In this document: piece by piece, positions 1-10,594 of the stretch
How the letters are laid out: the number at the start of each line of letters is the position of its first letter
How positions within the stretch are numbered: position 1 is the stretch's first letter
IMG/VR virus record: IMGVR_UViG_3300008261_000400
Source: an uncultured virus (IMG/VR IMGVR_UViG_3300008261_000400)
Taxonomy: Duplodnaviria; Heunggongvirae; Uroviricota; Caudoviricetes
Length of the DNA stretch: 64,000 bases
Reading direction: 5' to 3' (one strand)
Notes under the pieces: generated by a model
What the model was told of the DNA's origin: nothing
The model's database searches: none
Seen by the model: the letters and a program-made list of their open reading frames with translations, nothing else
Position numbers and translations under genes: made by a program

Positions 1-1
1 T

Positions 2-73
2 CACAACTTCCCTCTCGATCTTGCTGCTGCTGAGAACACTCCTGTTGCTCTCACCGCACCTGCGATTGGTTGA
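2..73 (+). CDS. psbA: Photosystem II D1 protein, 3' end (partial)
   Basis: Frame reads HNFPLDLAAAENTPVALTAPAIG*, the canonical D1 C-terminus; lies directly upstream of psbD. Confidence 0.97.
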   Translation, partial: HNFPLDLAAAENTPVALTAPAIG

Positions 74-98
74 TAAAAACTGAATAACTGATATAATT

Positions 99-124
99 GG
101 AGGGTGTAACAACCCTCTTTTTTT
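99..124 (+). terminator. Intrinsic terminator after psbA
   Basis: GAGGGT-GTAACA-ACCCTC hairpin followed by a T-tract. Confidence 0.8.
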
Positions 125-247
125 ATGTCTCATAATCACAACTACGAACCTATGCCTTCCTGGGTCATCTGGGCAGGTGTAGGTATGATGGTATTTACAG
201 TTCTGGTGTTTGTTTTATTTACACTTGGTCAAATGTATTGGGGATGA
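125..247 (+). CDS. 40-aa single-pass membrane protein
   Basis: ATG..TGA ORF MSHNHNYEPMPSWVIWAGVGMMVFTVLVFVLFTLGQMYWG with one hydrophobic helix; fills the psbA-psbD gap. Confidence 0.6.
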   Translation: MSHNHNYEPMPSWVIWAGVGMMVFTVLVFVLFTLGQMYWG

Positions 248-260
248 GTACAATCACTCA

Positions 261-294
261 TTGACTTCCTTGTTAAGTAATGTTAAGATAAATA
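261..294 (+). promoter_or_regulatory. psbD promoter: sigma70-type plus overlapping T4-like late promoter
   Basis: TTGACT-17 nt-TAAGAT, overlapping ATAAATA; AGGAGG SD before the ATG. Confidence 0.7.
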
Positions 295-315
295 TGAGAA
301 ATAACTAAGGAGGCT

Positions 316-1377
316 ATGACTTCTTCAACACTTTCACAACCTATTTCACAACGGGGATGGTTCGATGTACTCGATGACTGGCTTAAAAGAGACCGTTTCG
401 TTTTTGTTGGCTGGTCTGGACTTCTTCTTTTTCCCACAGCTTATCTTGCTCTTGGTGGTTGGCTTACTGGGACAACTTTCGTTACGAGTTGGTACACTCA
501 TGGCCTTGCATCCTCCTATCTTGAGGGTGCAAACTTTCTTACTGCGGCAGTTAGTACTCCAGCAGATGCTATGGGTCATTCTCTTCTTCTTCTCTGGGGC
601 CCTGAGGCTCAAGGAGATATCGTCAGGTGGTTCCAACTTGGGGGACTCTGGCCTTTTGTGGCGCTCCACGGAGCCTTCGCTCTTATAGGTTTCATGTTGC
701 GTCAGTTTGAGATCTCTCGTCTAGTGGGCATTCGTCCTTATAATGCAATCGCATTCTCTGGTCCTATCGCTGTATTCGTCAGCGTCTTCCTGATGTACCC
801 ACTGGGTCAATCCAGTTGGTTCTTTGCTCCCTCCTTTGGGGTCGCTGCCATCTTCCGCTTCCTACTGTTTCTTCAGGGTTTCCACAACTGGACTCTCAAC
901 CCCTTCCATATGATGGGAGTTGCTGGTATACTGGGTGGAGCACTTCTCTGTGCTATTCACGGAGCAACAGTAGAAAACACACTTTATGAAGATGGTGAAC
1001 AATCAAACACTTTTAAGGCATTTGAACCTACCCAAGAGGAAGAGACTTACTCTATGGTCACGGCTAACCGTTTCTGGTCGCAGATCTTTGGTATTGCTTT
1101 TTCCAATAAGCGTTGGCTTCATTTCTTTATGCTTTTCGTTCCTGTTATGGGGCTCTGGACATCTTCTATTGGCATTATTGGTCTCGCTCTCAATCTCCGT
1201 GCTTATGATTTCGTAAGTCAGGAAGTAAGGGCTGCAGAAGACCCTGAGTTTGAAACCTTTTATACGAAGAATATTCTTCTAAATGAAGGACTACGTGCCT
1301 GGATGGCTCCAGTAGATCAACCTCACGAACAGTTTGTGTTCCCAGAGGAAGTTCTACCTCGCGGAAACGCACTCTAA
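316..1377 (+). CDS. psbD: Photosystem II D2 protein
   Basis: Full-length D2 sequence ([14 protein letters not shown] ... [12 protein letters not shown]), uninterrupted. Confidence 0.99.
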   Translation: MTSSTLSQPISQRGWFDVLDDWLKRDRFVFVGWSGLLLFPTAYLALGGWLTGTTFVTSWYTHGLASSYLEGANFLTAAVSTPADAMGHSLLLLWGPEAQGDIVRWFQLGGLWPFVALHGAFALIGFMLRQFEISRLVGIRPYNAIAFSGPIAVFVSVFLMYPLGQSSWFFAPSFGVAAIFRFLLFLQGFHNWTLNPFHMMGVAGILGGALLCAIHGATVENTLYEDGEQSNTFKAFEPTQEEETYSMVTANRFWSQIFGIAFSNKRWLHFFMLFVPVMGLWTSSIGIIGLALNLRAYDFVSQEVRAAEDPEFETFYTKNILLNEGLRAWMAPVDQPHEQFVFPEEVLPRGNAL

Positions 1378-1385
1378 AAATAAAT

Positions 1386-1412
1386 AAAGGAGTTCTCTGA
1401 ACTCCTTTTTTT
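1386..1412 (+). terminator. Intrinsic terminator after psbD
   Basis: AAAGGAGTTC-TCT-GAACTCCTTT hairpin followed by a T-tract. Confidence 0.88.
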
Positions 1413-2987
1413 ATGATCTTGATTCTCACACTTTTTATTCTCTTTGGAGTTTTTATGTTTATAATGTCTATAACCCAAAACTCTAATACATAGAAAGGTT
1501 GCACTATGACTATGAAAACTCTATCACTTTCAGAAGACCAGATCAAACTACTTGCGGATGCTCTTTGGATGAGGCAAAGATGTTTTATTGCTGGAGATAA
1601 AAGATTTAAAGAATATGGAGCAATGTTGGAAGAACTTCTGGAAGGAATGCAGTATACTCCTGGTAGATTTTAAAAAAAATGATTTCTTCTGAAACTCCTT
1701 ATAAGTTGTCAGAAATTATTCGAGACACTTGGCCTCAACTTTACAGACCTTCTAAAAAAGAAAATAATTGTAATGAATCTTCCAAAAAACTTTCAACAAA
1801 CTTCAGATCATCCCTATGATAGACATGATTATAAATTAGTTTATTCTAATAAAAAGTGTTCTATTTTTGATAACTTTGAGGATCTTCGGAAAGAATGGTG
1901 GCAAACTCCAGAACAGTTTCTAAGTCATGTGGAAGTTCTGGATAAACAAAAAGAAAAAAGTAAGTCTAAAGGATTTAATTAATGAACAAGTACAACGATG
2001 AAGATTATTTCACAGTAAGAGAAAGAAGGACTCATAAGAAAATCTGTGATTGTGGTAATTTTGAAGATGCAAGAATGATGATGCATTTAGACGGACCAAA
2101 TCGTGAAATTATAAAAAACAAAACACTGATGAGTCCAGTGATTGATATTGAGATTCCAAAGGCATTGCCAACGAATGAGATTGTGGTGAATATGGATGGT
2201 GGTGTTGGGGGTTCTTGGGAAGTAAAAGAACCAGAAAAACTACCACAAATTAAGCTTCCAGACAGACAAGCAGAACCTGTGAGGGTATGAATCCCAGAAA
2301 ACATAAACAATCGGAGAATTTGAAAAACAAAGTGTATACACCGGAAGGATATATTGCGGACCCACCTGATGCAATATGCCCTCATTGCGGTCAGAAGGGA
2401 AAGTCATGTTCTCATGTTAATAGTTTGAGTCGTGCTTGGGCTAGAAGTGCTTGTTCTAAAAAACATAATAATGATTCAAATAAAGAATAAATAAGAACGC
2501 ATTGGAACTTTTTTATGCCAAGAAATGAACTGACTAAAGAAGAGATTAAGGTCAGAGTGATCAATTTAAAAAACAAGTTGATCAAAGAAGATAGATATCC
2601 TGGCGAGAAAGAACTTGCCGACAAATACCTGAATGAGGTATTATTCATTATTGAACAGTATTCAAGATAATTATGATTTTGCCACATCAAGAACATAATT
2701 CACTTATTGCTACTAGAGCTTTTCTTGAAGATCTTGCAAATCTAGAAAAGTTGACAGATGTTCCTGAAAAAATTAAATTAAATGCTAAGTACCTTTTAAA
2801 GTATTTTCCTAGTAAAGAAAAATTAAATAAACTTTATCAAGGAAATACAATAGAAGATATATCTTCATTAAAAAATACTGAGGAATCTGAGGATAATTCT
2901 AATAAAATTCTAAATAATAATCAAACTTGGGATACTCCAGGATTTAAATGGAAGACCGAAGTTGAATTTCTGTCTCAAGAATCTTGA
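1413..2987 (+). CDS. Run of small hypothetical phage proteins (incl. 1773-1982, 1982-2290, 2287-2490, 2515-2670, 2673-2987)
   Basis: Tightly packed, often overlapping + strand ORFs; no recognisable family. Confidence 0.6.
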
Positions 2988-2995
2988 GATTCTTT

Positions 2996-3068
2996 GGGGA
3001 ATTAGCTCATTTGGTAGAGCACTGCTTTTGCACGGCAGGGGTGAGGGGTTCGAGTCCCCTATTCTCCA
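2996..3068 (+). tRNA. tRNA-Ala(TGC)
   Basis: Cloverleaf with GGGGAAT/ATTCTCC acceptor (G3:U70), anticodon arm CTGCT-TTTGCAC-GGCAG, TTCGA T-loop. Confidence 0.96.
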
Positions 3069-3082
3069 TTTTAAAATCTCAC

Positions 3083-3111
3083 TTGACCGAAGTGGTTAAA
3101 TACTATAGAAT
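3083..3111 (+). promoter_or_regulatory. sigma70-type promoter
   Basis: TTGACC-17 nt-TAGAAT upstream of ORF at 3135. Confidence 0.7.
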
Positions 3112-3134
3112 AACCGAGAGTTTAAAACTTGGTT

Positions 3135-3924
3135 ATGAACGTTCCGAGTCGATCAGATTTAATGCACATGCGACTACAAGCATGGATGCGTGAGTACTCT
3201 TGTAGTGATATTGAGTATCTTGGTCAAAGAGAAGGTGAACATTATTACAGAATTGCTGATTATGAAGTACCCGTTTCTAACATAGAAGGTTTGGAGGAAG
3301 TAGTATGACTGATGTTCGGGTTTCGGCTATCAACAGAGTGTTGTACTTTACTATCCCAGAACAAAGGATTGTTTATAAAGCCATGAAAATGTACTTGGAA
3401 AAACATCCAGAAAATCAAGATGCACAAATTATTAAAGAAGATTTTTATCGACAATCTTTTGAATAGTCCTATTGCAACTAAAAAAATGAAAGAAACTTAT
3501 TACATTTATGATGCTGAATCTAAACAGGATAAGTGGAATCGGGGTCTAGATTTGTTTATTGAAAGTGTCCATAAACCTGACAATGAACTTAGACAGGCTG
3601 CACATGATCAGAAGTGCTTCCATGAACTTATGGATGTTAGAGAAACTGTCCTTGAGTATTTAAAAACACTTCGTTGGGAGTAAAATGGAATACTACTATT
3701 TTTGGTTTTTCTTATTTGCACTTGCTGCATATTTTATTGTAACCGATTCAAGTGTTGCTAGATTGGTTGATCTTGCAACTAAACTTCTTAGGTTTCAGTA
3801 TGAGAAAACTAAATGGTGGTTAATTCATAACCCTCGTAATCCAATAGTAAAGTATATGATGTGGAGACGAGCTATGAAAATCGCTGAAGAGTTACATAAG
3901 GAGTTCAATAATGACAAACTATGA
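3135..3924 (+). CDS. Small hypothetical proteins (3135-3308, 3420-3683, 3685-3924 membrane-anchored)
   Basis: Packed ORFs; 3685-3924 has an N-terminal hydrophobic helix. Confidence 0.6.
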
Positions 3925-4077
3925 TAAAGTTATTGACGCAATTTCTAATGAAATATATCTATTAAATGTTTCTAATGAAAGTTGGAATGAAGACTCTGCT
4001 AAAAAAACTTCTCGCAGAATTCTTGAAATAGTAGAAGAATTCCAGAGAATTAAATATAAAACAATTAATGATAATCT

Positions 4078-4779
4078 ATGAACGCTACTATTGTTATTCC
4101 TGCAAGAATTGAAAGTTCTCGTTTACCGAAGAAAGTTTTATCTGATATTGGAGGTAAAACCTTAATTCAGAGAGTGGTAAACCAGTGTATGATTACTGGT
4201 CTGGAAACTTATGTAATCACAGATAGTTTTGAAGTTTATGAGTCTGTTAGAGACACTAAAGTGAAAGTAGTCTTACAACAAGCCGAAGCCTCTAGTGGAA
4301 CAGAACGCATTTCTAATGTGATGACATCTATTCCTGGAGAAAAAATTATTAATGTTCAAGGTGATCAACCATTCATTTCACCAGAAGCTATTTTGGAAAT
4401 GAATGAGCATCTCCTTAAAGAAAATTATGATGTTGTTACTCCGTATAAACTATATGATAAAAATAGTAAGTACGGAAAGTCTCAAGATAAACCAAAATTA
4501 GTTACTAGTCAATCTGGAAAAGTTCTATATTTTAGTAGACATCCTATTGGAACTGATCAACTAAAAATTCATATGGGAATATATGGATACACTAGAAATT
4601 TTTTAGAGAATTTTAGTCAATTAAAAACCTCCCAGTTGGAAGAGACTGAGAGGTTGGAACAACTACGGTTTCTTGATAATGATGTTTCTGTTTTTTCTTA
4701 TGAAACAGAACATGATGTGTTTTCTGTAGACACCCCAGAAGACTTAGAAGACGCTAGAGAGATAGTTCGGAAACTCTGA
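4078..4779 (+). CDS. kdsB: 3-deoxy-manno-octulosonate cytidylyltransferase (CMP-KDO synthetase)
   Basis: VIPARIESSRLPKK, SGTERI, INVQGDQP, LYFSR, HMGIYGY, LEQLRFL, SVDTPEDL motifs. Confidence 0.93.
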   Translation: MNATIVIPARIESSRLPKKVLSDIGGKTLIQRVVNQCMITGLETYVITDSFEVYESVRDTKVKVVLQQAEASSGTERISNVMTSIPGEKIINVQGDQPFISPEAILEMNEHLLKENYDVVTPYKLYDKNSKYGKSQDKPKLVTSQSGKVLYFSRHPIGTDQLKIHMGIYGYTRNFLENFSQLKTSQLEETERLEQLRFLDNDVSVFSYETEHDVFSVDTPEDLEDAREIVRKL

Positions 4780-5478
4780 TAAAGGAATCTGACAATCCTT
4801 GTCTGAGAGTGCCTCAGAGGGCTTAGGATGCACTTCTACAAACAGTGCATCAGTTCCCCAAACGAGAGCACTCTTGGACAATTTTTCTGCATACTTCCAG
4901 TTTCCACTTGTAACAGAGTCTCCTCCTTCCTGAGTAGAGTGTGTTGCATCAAAACATACTTTGAATCCTGCATTCTTAAGAATATCAATTGTTCTAAAGT
5001 CTACTACTAAGTTGTCATATCCAAAACAACTTCCTCTTTCGCAAATATAAAAATCTTCACAACCATACGATTCCATCTTTTCTCCAAGAAGAATTGCATT
5101 TCTAGGAGAAATAAATTGTCCTTTTTTTACATTTACTAGTTTTCCACTTTTTGCAACAGCTTCTAATAGTTCCGACTGTCTACACAAAAATGCTGGAACT
5201 TGGAATGCATCTACATAATCATGAAATAAATCTACTTGATTTGGTAAGTGTATGTCAGTGATAATTTTATACCCAGACGTTCTGAGTTCTGAGAATACGT
5301 CCATTGCGTATCCATAACCTTTTCCAGTAAAACTATTATGACTTGATCTGTTTGCTTTCTCGAAAGAAGTTTTGAAGTAAAAGTCTACGTGTTTTGGGAT
5401 GTATTTTGAAATTGTTTTTGCAACTTCAAAACAAACCTCTCCGGATTCTAGAGCACAAGGACCTGCAAATAATTTCAT
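4744..5478 (-). CDS. kdsA: KDO 8-phosphate synthase
   Basis: AGPCALES, FEKANRSS, QVPAFLCRQ, NVKKGQF, ERGSCFGY, FDATHSTQ, EVHP..ALSD motifs. Confidence 0.95.
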   Translation of the reverse strand: MKLFAGPCALESGEVCFEVAKTISKYIPKHVDFYFKTSFEKANRSSHNSFTGKGYGYAMDVFSELRTSGYKIITDIHLPNQVDLFHDYVDAFQVPAFLCRQSELLEAVAKSGKLVNVKKGQFISPRNAILLGEKMESYGCEDFYICERGSCFGYDNLVVDFRTIDILKNAGFKVCFDATHSTQEGGDSVTSGNWKYAEKLSKSALVWGTDALFVEVHPKPSEALSDKDCQIPLSEFPNYLSSVF

Positions 5479-5512
5479 TTCATGTTATAATTTCTAAAGA
5501 CATTATATCACA

Positions 5513-6403
5513 ATGAGTAAATATTTTCCAGAATATAACAAACTTAAAGAATGTTGGGTGGGTAGGGCCTACTCGTCCGATCTCGTTGAAGATTCTTTTA
5601 TCAAAGAAATTCTTGATGAAACTGAAGAAGATCTAAAAAACTTTTCAGAAGTATTGGAAACATTTGGTGTTGTAGTTAAAAGACCGACATATAAAAATCC
5701 AGATGTAACAAAAAAACCTCAACTACTACATGCCAGAGATCACCTACAATACATTAATAATAAGTTGTATGTTGGTCCTAGATATGAAGAAAATATCATT
5801 GATTGGTTGGAGTTGTTAGATCATAGAAGTAACTATATTACGTTAGATAATCTTTGTGCTCCTAGTGTTATCCGAGCTGATCGAGTTTATTTTGATGCAG
5901 TTGCATGGACGAGAAAGAGATTCGATTACTTTAAAAATGCAAATCCTGAAGTGGAATGTATTTATGAAAGATTTTCTTGTAGGGATTTTAATATCGAACG
6001 ACACACAGATGGAGTCTTTGTGGTTGTAAAAGAAGGTGTAATCATATCTACACCTCAAGGTCGTAACTTGGAACATTGTTTTCCTGGGTGGGATATTTTG
6101 TACTTGGAACACAATACTCAAGACATTAAGGCTATGGATATGACCAAAGATAAATTTGTTTGGTCCCCAAATCAAATTCCGTATGAGTATAAAGATTGGG
6201 TAGGATATTCTCCAGAAACTTTTTTTGATGTTAATGCTCTTCAATTAGATTCAGAACATCTAATGGTTACTAGATATAACAAACAAGTTTTCGAGTTTCT
6301 GGAAAAACATAATGTTGAACCAATCATTGTTCCCTTTAGGCATAGGTATTTGTGGGATGGGGGACTACATTGTATGACATTTGACTACCTACGAGAAGAG
6401 TGA
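5513..6403 (+). CDS. Amidinotransferase family protein (pentein fold), copy 1
   Basis: LKECWVG, ETEEDL, ARD, HTDG and C-terminal GGLHCMTFD catalytic Cys motif. Confidence 0.85.
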   Translation: MSKYFPEYNKLKECWVGRAYSSDLVEDSFIKEILDETEEDLKNFSEVLETFGVVVKRPTYKNPDVTKKPQLLHARDHLQYINNKLYVGPRYEENIIDWLELLDHRSNYITLDNLCAPSVIRADRVYFDAVAWTRKRFDYFKNANPEVECIYERFSCRDFNIERHTDGVFVVVKEGVIISTPQGRNLEHCFPGWDILYLEHNTQDIKAMDMTKDKFVWSPNQIPYEYKDWVGYSPETFFDVNALQLDSEHLMVTRYNKQVFEFLEKHNVEPIIVPFRHRYLWDGGLHCMTFDYLREE

Positions 6404-7119
6404 TGTTGTTAAATGAGGAACCTATTGTTGGAGGTCAAATATTACAAGAACCTTGGCCTCATCAGATCATAGAACAAACTATAGATCAAAAATCTTTTGA
6501 AGTTTTAAAGACGATACCAAGATTCCTTTTAACTAAAGAAAATATTCAAAAAAATTCTTTTCTTAAGGAGAAGATATTTTTTGATGCTAGGACTTCACCT
6601 GGAGGAGCCGTACTTGATATTCTGGATTTAATTAAGTGCGGAGTGTCCGAAGATGTGGTTGAAGTATTATTTGATGTTGCTCAAGATTTTTTAAAGTTAT
6701 CTAAGTCTATTCTTGATAGGTATCCTAACAGCAGAAAACCATTACCAGAACAAGAAGTTTTTGTTCAGGCAAACATCAACCTGGATTTTCCTTATAATTG
6801 GTTTCCTCCACATGATGATGTTAGTAGAAAAATTATAACTTTTATAGTTTATCTCTCACCAGAAAATAACATAGGAACAATACTACACTCTATTGAATCT
6901 GAAGATGATGTACAAAAAATAGTAGAGTGGAAACCAAACTCTTCTATTTTATTTTGTCCAGAAAAAGATGTGACATGGCATTCGTTCAAAGCTTCTGATA
7001 AACTTAGAGTTGTTTGTGCGTTTTTTATTGAAGTAAATGTAGAGTCACGACCTATATTTGAATATAATTTTTCTAGTGGTAAGAAAGCTAGATGGATTGG
7101 AAAGCCCAAAGTCAACTGA
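6400..7119 (+). CDS. Putative 2OG-Fe(II) oxygenase
   Basis: PWPH N-terminus, PPHDD (HxD), distal TWHS and R in a jelly-roll-like layout. Confidence 0.7.
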   Translation: MMLLNEEPIVGGQILQEPWPHQIIEQTIDQKSFEVLKTIPRFLLTKENIQKNSFLKEKIFFDARTSPGGAVLDILDLIKCGVSEDVVEVLFDVAQDFLKLSKSILDRYPNSRKPLPEQEVFVQANINLDFPYNWFPPHDDVSRKIITFIVYLSPENNIGTILHSIESEDDVQKIVEWKPNSSILFCPEKDVTWHSFKASDKLRVVCAFFIEVNVESRPIFEYNFSSGKKARWIGKPKVN

Positions 7120-7153
7120 CACCCACCTTGCATAAAATCAAAAGTGTGGTAGA

Positions 7154-8052
7154 ATGTGGGAAACATATATTCTGAACATGATTGATCGTATTGTTACCAT
7201 TAAAAACATTGGAATCTTCGGATTATCCATTTTAATTGGTGGTTCTATTGGATCTTCTACTGGATCTTATCGTTCTGTAGAAGACACTTTGATTCTCTGT
7301 AATCAAAGGCCTCATGAATGTAAATTTAAGTACGACATTTTAATGTATGAGAAAAATGGTAAAGTTCCCTATGAAGATCCGACTAAAGTAAAAACACAAC
7401 CCAAAACTCAAACAACCGTAGTAAAATGAAAGACCTCCGAAAAATTAAATATATTTCTAGAGAAATCAAGGAAGGAGACTTTGTAAAATTTACTGGATGC
7501 ACCCGAGAACAAGTTATGTGGGGTAATAATACTGATCCAGAAAATCTTCTTATCTATGGTGGAATTTATTATGTTGAGAAAATGATTGTAAAATCTTCTC
7601 ACACTAAACTTATTCTTCGTGGAGTCGAAGGTAAATTTAATAGTGTTTGTTTTGAGTGTTTAGGAAATGGCTCTTTCTGAGAAGTCAAAAATTTATTATA
7701 ATGTTTGGTGTTGTGCCTATCGAAGACGATATTTTGCCAAGTGTAAGGGAGACTGGGAATTATATGATCGTGAACATCAAACTTTGTTAATGTGTCTTAG
7801 AATGAAAGATGCAAAATGGACGACATTTGATACTGAAAAACCTAACTATTTAAAATAATGATTTCAATTTTTGATTTATTTCACGATGAACGTCGGTATG
7901 GTTGGTCTGTGGATAAACGTTACGACTGGATCAACATGCTCATAACAATGCAAAAGAAAAAACCCCAACGGTTCAAAGAATTTCAATATTCAAACTCAAC
8001 CATCTATCATCATATAGATAGAGTACAACAAGAACAAAATTTATATGATTGA
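7154..8052 (+). CDS. Four small hypothetical proteins (7154-7429, 7426-7680, 7667-7858, 7858-8052)
   Basis: Overlapping ORFs downstream of a TTGCAT-16 nt-TAGAAT promoter-like sequence. Confidence 0.6.
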
Positions 8053-9079
8053 ATTAAAGGATAAAAAAATTATTCGAGTAATTCAAAAAGATTCATCTTT
8101 GATGCATTTGACATGGATGATTAATAATATATGCAATAATAAATGCACATATTGTTTACCAGAATTAAACTCAGGTAAAGGTCATCATTATAAATGGGAG
8201 AATGCAAAAAAATTCTTAGAATTATTATTCGAAAAGTATCCAAAAATTCATTGTTCAGTTACTGGTGGTGAGCCAAGTATTAGTCACTTTTTTCCTGAGT
8301 TGGTAAAGTTTTTTAATTCTAATGGTCATACTATAGGTACAACTAGTAATGCATTTAAACCAATAGAATATTGGGAAGATATTTCAAAGTATTTAAAGTA
8401 TGTTTGTTTTTCATACCACCCAGAATTTCCTGTTAAAGATTTTAAAGAAAAAGTAATTGCTGCAAGTTTAAACACATTCGTAACTGTGCGACTAATGATG
8501 CTTCCTTCTAAGTGGGATCATTGTATAGAAGTTTTCAATTCATTAAAAGATATTGATACTTGCTTTTTGGAACCAGTTAGAATTATGGATTGGGGTAGTA
8601 AACATAAAGAAACTCATATCTACACAAAAGATCAATTAGATTGGTTTCATACTGATGAAGCTGCAAAACCCCACCAAAAGATACTAAAACATTTGGGAAA
8701 ACAGGAAATTCTAAAAATAACATCCGATTTTCAATTTGAAGATGGATCTATTTTGTTAGATGACCCAAATAACAATATAAATTCAATAGAATTTATTAAT
8801 TGTGGTATGACTAATTTTGAAGGATATGTTTGTGAAGTTGGATTGAAAAGTTTATTTGTAAATTCATCTGGACAGATATATCTAGCTAATTGTGGTATTG
8901 GTGGACCCATTGGAAATATAGATGAGTTTGAACAAATAAAATGGCCGACTATGCCTGTCATTTGTAATAAAAAATATTGTCATTGTACTATTGATGTTAA
9001 TGTTAATAAGTGGGTTAGAAATTATAATCAGTTAAAGAANNNNNNNNNNNNNNNNNNNNNNNAAAATTATTTTTATTAA
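8045..9079 (+). CDS. Radical SAM protein with C-terminal twitch/SPASM-like Cys cluster (3' end spans a gap)
   Basis: CNNKCTYC, TGGEP, C-terminal CEVG..C..CNKKYCHC. Confidence 0.88.
   Translation: MIELKDKKIIRVIQKDSSLMHLTWMINNICNNKCTYCLPELNSGKGHHYKWENAKKFLELLFEKYPKIHCSVTGGEPSISHFFPELVKFFNSNGHTIGTTSNAFKPIEYWEDISKYLKYVCFSYHPEFPVKDFKEKVIAASLNTFVTVRLMMLPSKWDHCIEVFNSLKDIDTCFLEPVRIMDWGSKHKETHIYTKDQLDWFHTDEAAKPHQKILKHLGKQEILKITSDFQFEDGSILLDDPNNNINSIEFINCGMTNFEGYVCEVGLKSLFVNSSGQIYLANCGIGGPIGNIDEFEQIKWPTMPVICNKKYCHCTIDVNVNKWVRNYNQLKXXXXXXXXXNYFY
9040..9062. other. Assembly gap (23 N)
   Basis: Run of n. Confidence 0.99.
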
Positions 9080-9080
9080 A

Positions 9081-9926
9081 GTGCCAAAAATAGATCATCT
9101 AAACTTTAATAAGTATGAGAGATTCTTTTCTTTTGGATGTAGTATGACTGACTATTTTTGGCCAACTTGGGCTGACGTTATCGGACTTCACATTCCAAAA
9201 TATTATAATTTTGGATCTCCTGGAGCCGGAAACGCATTTATATCAAATCAAGTTGCTGAAATGAATCAAAGATTTCATTTTAACAATAAAGATTTGATAA
9301 TAGTAATGTGGACTACAGTAAATCGTGAAGACCGATATATTAATAGAAAATGGCAGTGTTGTGGAAACATATACAATTCTATTCATGACGGATTGTATGA
9401 TTTACAATATATTAAAAATTATGTCGATTATAGAGGATTTCTAATTAGAGATCTTGGATTAATATCATTAACTTTTAATTTTTTAAATTACATTGATTCG
9501 GACTTTTTGATGTTGAGTCATATGCCTATTATCAAAAAAACAACTAATTGTCATTCTTACAATTCTCTAGATGATGTAGTATTGGATACATCTGACGTGT
9601 TAGATTTATATAAAGATCTATTAAATGAAATAGAACCAGATTTCCTAACAGTGCAGTATAATTCAACTACTTGGCCTGGAGTAAAAATAAAAAAGAATGA
9701 TTGCGGTAGATATAGGTACAAGTATGATTTACATCCTCCACCTATTGATCATGTTTCGTATTTAACAAAAATAATACCAAATTTAAAAGTCAGTGAAAAA
9801 GTTTTTAATTTTATTCAACAAGAAGATCTCAAAATAAGAACATTTGAAAGAACTAATTTTTTGTATGATCTAAATTCTCCAGAAATGCAATGGAAAAAAA
9901 TGTCTAAATCTTATGTAAGTTTATGA
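9081..9926 (+). CDS. Hypothetical protein, SGNH-hydrolase-like
   Basis: FGCSMT, NFGSPGAGN and late DLHP resemble SGNH blocks I, II and V. Confidence 0.55.
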   Translation: MPKIDHLNFNKYERFFSFGCSMTDYFWPTWADVIGLHIPKYYNFGSPGAGNAFISNQVAEMNQRFHFNNKDLIIVMWTTVNREDRYINRKWQCCGNIYNSIHDGLYDLQYIKNYVDYRGFLIRDLGLISLTFNFLNYIDSDFLMLSHMPIIKKTTNCHSYNSLDDVVLDTSDVLDLYKDLLNEIEPDFLTVQYNSTTWPGVKIKKNDCGRYRYKYDLHPPPIDHVSYLTKIIPNLKVSEKVFNFIQQEDLKIRTFERTNFLYDLNSPEMQWKKMSKSYVSL

Positions 9927-9951
9927 ACAAAACATTATTATATAATCAATC

Positions 9952-10425
9952 ATGAGCGAAGTATCTTTCAAAAAACACAGGGTTTTCCGTGAGACAGATT
10001 CGGTTGTCTTCTATGATATTTCAGTAGAAAACTCAAATGCACAAGACCTTGTTGTTCATACAGGTCCTGCAATTTCTCCACCTGATGATGTTGTCGGTGC
10101 AAAACAATTTTATATTCACTATCAACAGATTGACCACAATCGTGTACTGTCTGGAATCAGAACCTTTGAACTTGTGAATCCAACTTGGAGGTATCCATAT
10201 CATATTGTTCACCTGAATCGTAGTTCTGGTGCTCTTGTGATTCCAAAGATGACCTATCATCGCTCATATTCTGGTGAGGAAGGTTCAATCGTCATCAATC
10301 AGGCAATTCGTGACGAAGACTTCAACCCTGAGACCGAATTTGTTCCAATTTCTGCCGCTCAGGATGCAGAACTGTATCGCATTCTTGCACACGAAAAACC
10401 AGTGATTCATACCCTCGGAGAATAA
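9952..10425 (+). CDS. Cupin-fold (RmlC-like) conserved cyanobacterial/cyanophage protein
   Basis: FYIHYQQIDHNRV..G and LVIPKMTYHRS cupin-like motifs. Confidence 0.65.
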   Translation: MSEVSFKKHRVFRETDSVVFYDISVENSNAQDLVVHTGPAISPPDDVVGAKQFYIHYQQIDHNRVLSGIRTFELVNPTWRYPYHIVHLNRSSGALVIPKMTYHRSYSGEEGSIVINQAIRDEDFNPETEFVPISAAQDAELYRILAHEKPVIHTLGE

Positions 10426-10594
10426 TGGCCATTTCTAGTAATGAAAAATTTCCTTACGAATCTTTTCCGTATAGACTTGATGTAAAGGAGGGTAAAGACA
10501 AAAGAACCTGTTGGTTTGAATGTAAAGAACATCTAGATAAGTATCTTACTAGACATAAACTTAATAAAAAAGATTACGAGTTGACTGTAAATTC

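Noticed and set aside
316..1377. Intron or homing endonuclease in psbD
   Set aside because: ORF is continuous and of canonical length; no HNH/GIY-YIG gene seen nearby
2984..3193. 69-aa ORF in the track
   Set aside because: Runs through tRNA-Ala and a promoter; the likely gene is 3135-3308 in another frame
9040..9079. C-terminus of the radical SAM protein
   Set aside because: Spans an N gap, so the true stop and adjacency to 9081 cannot be established
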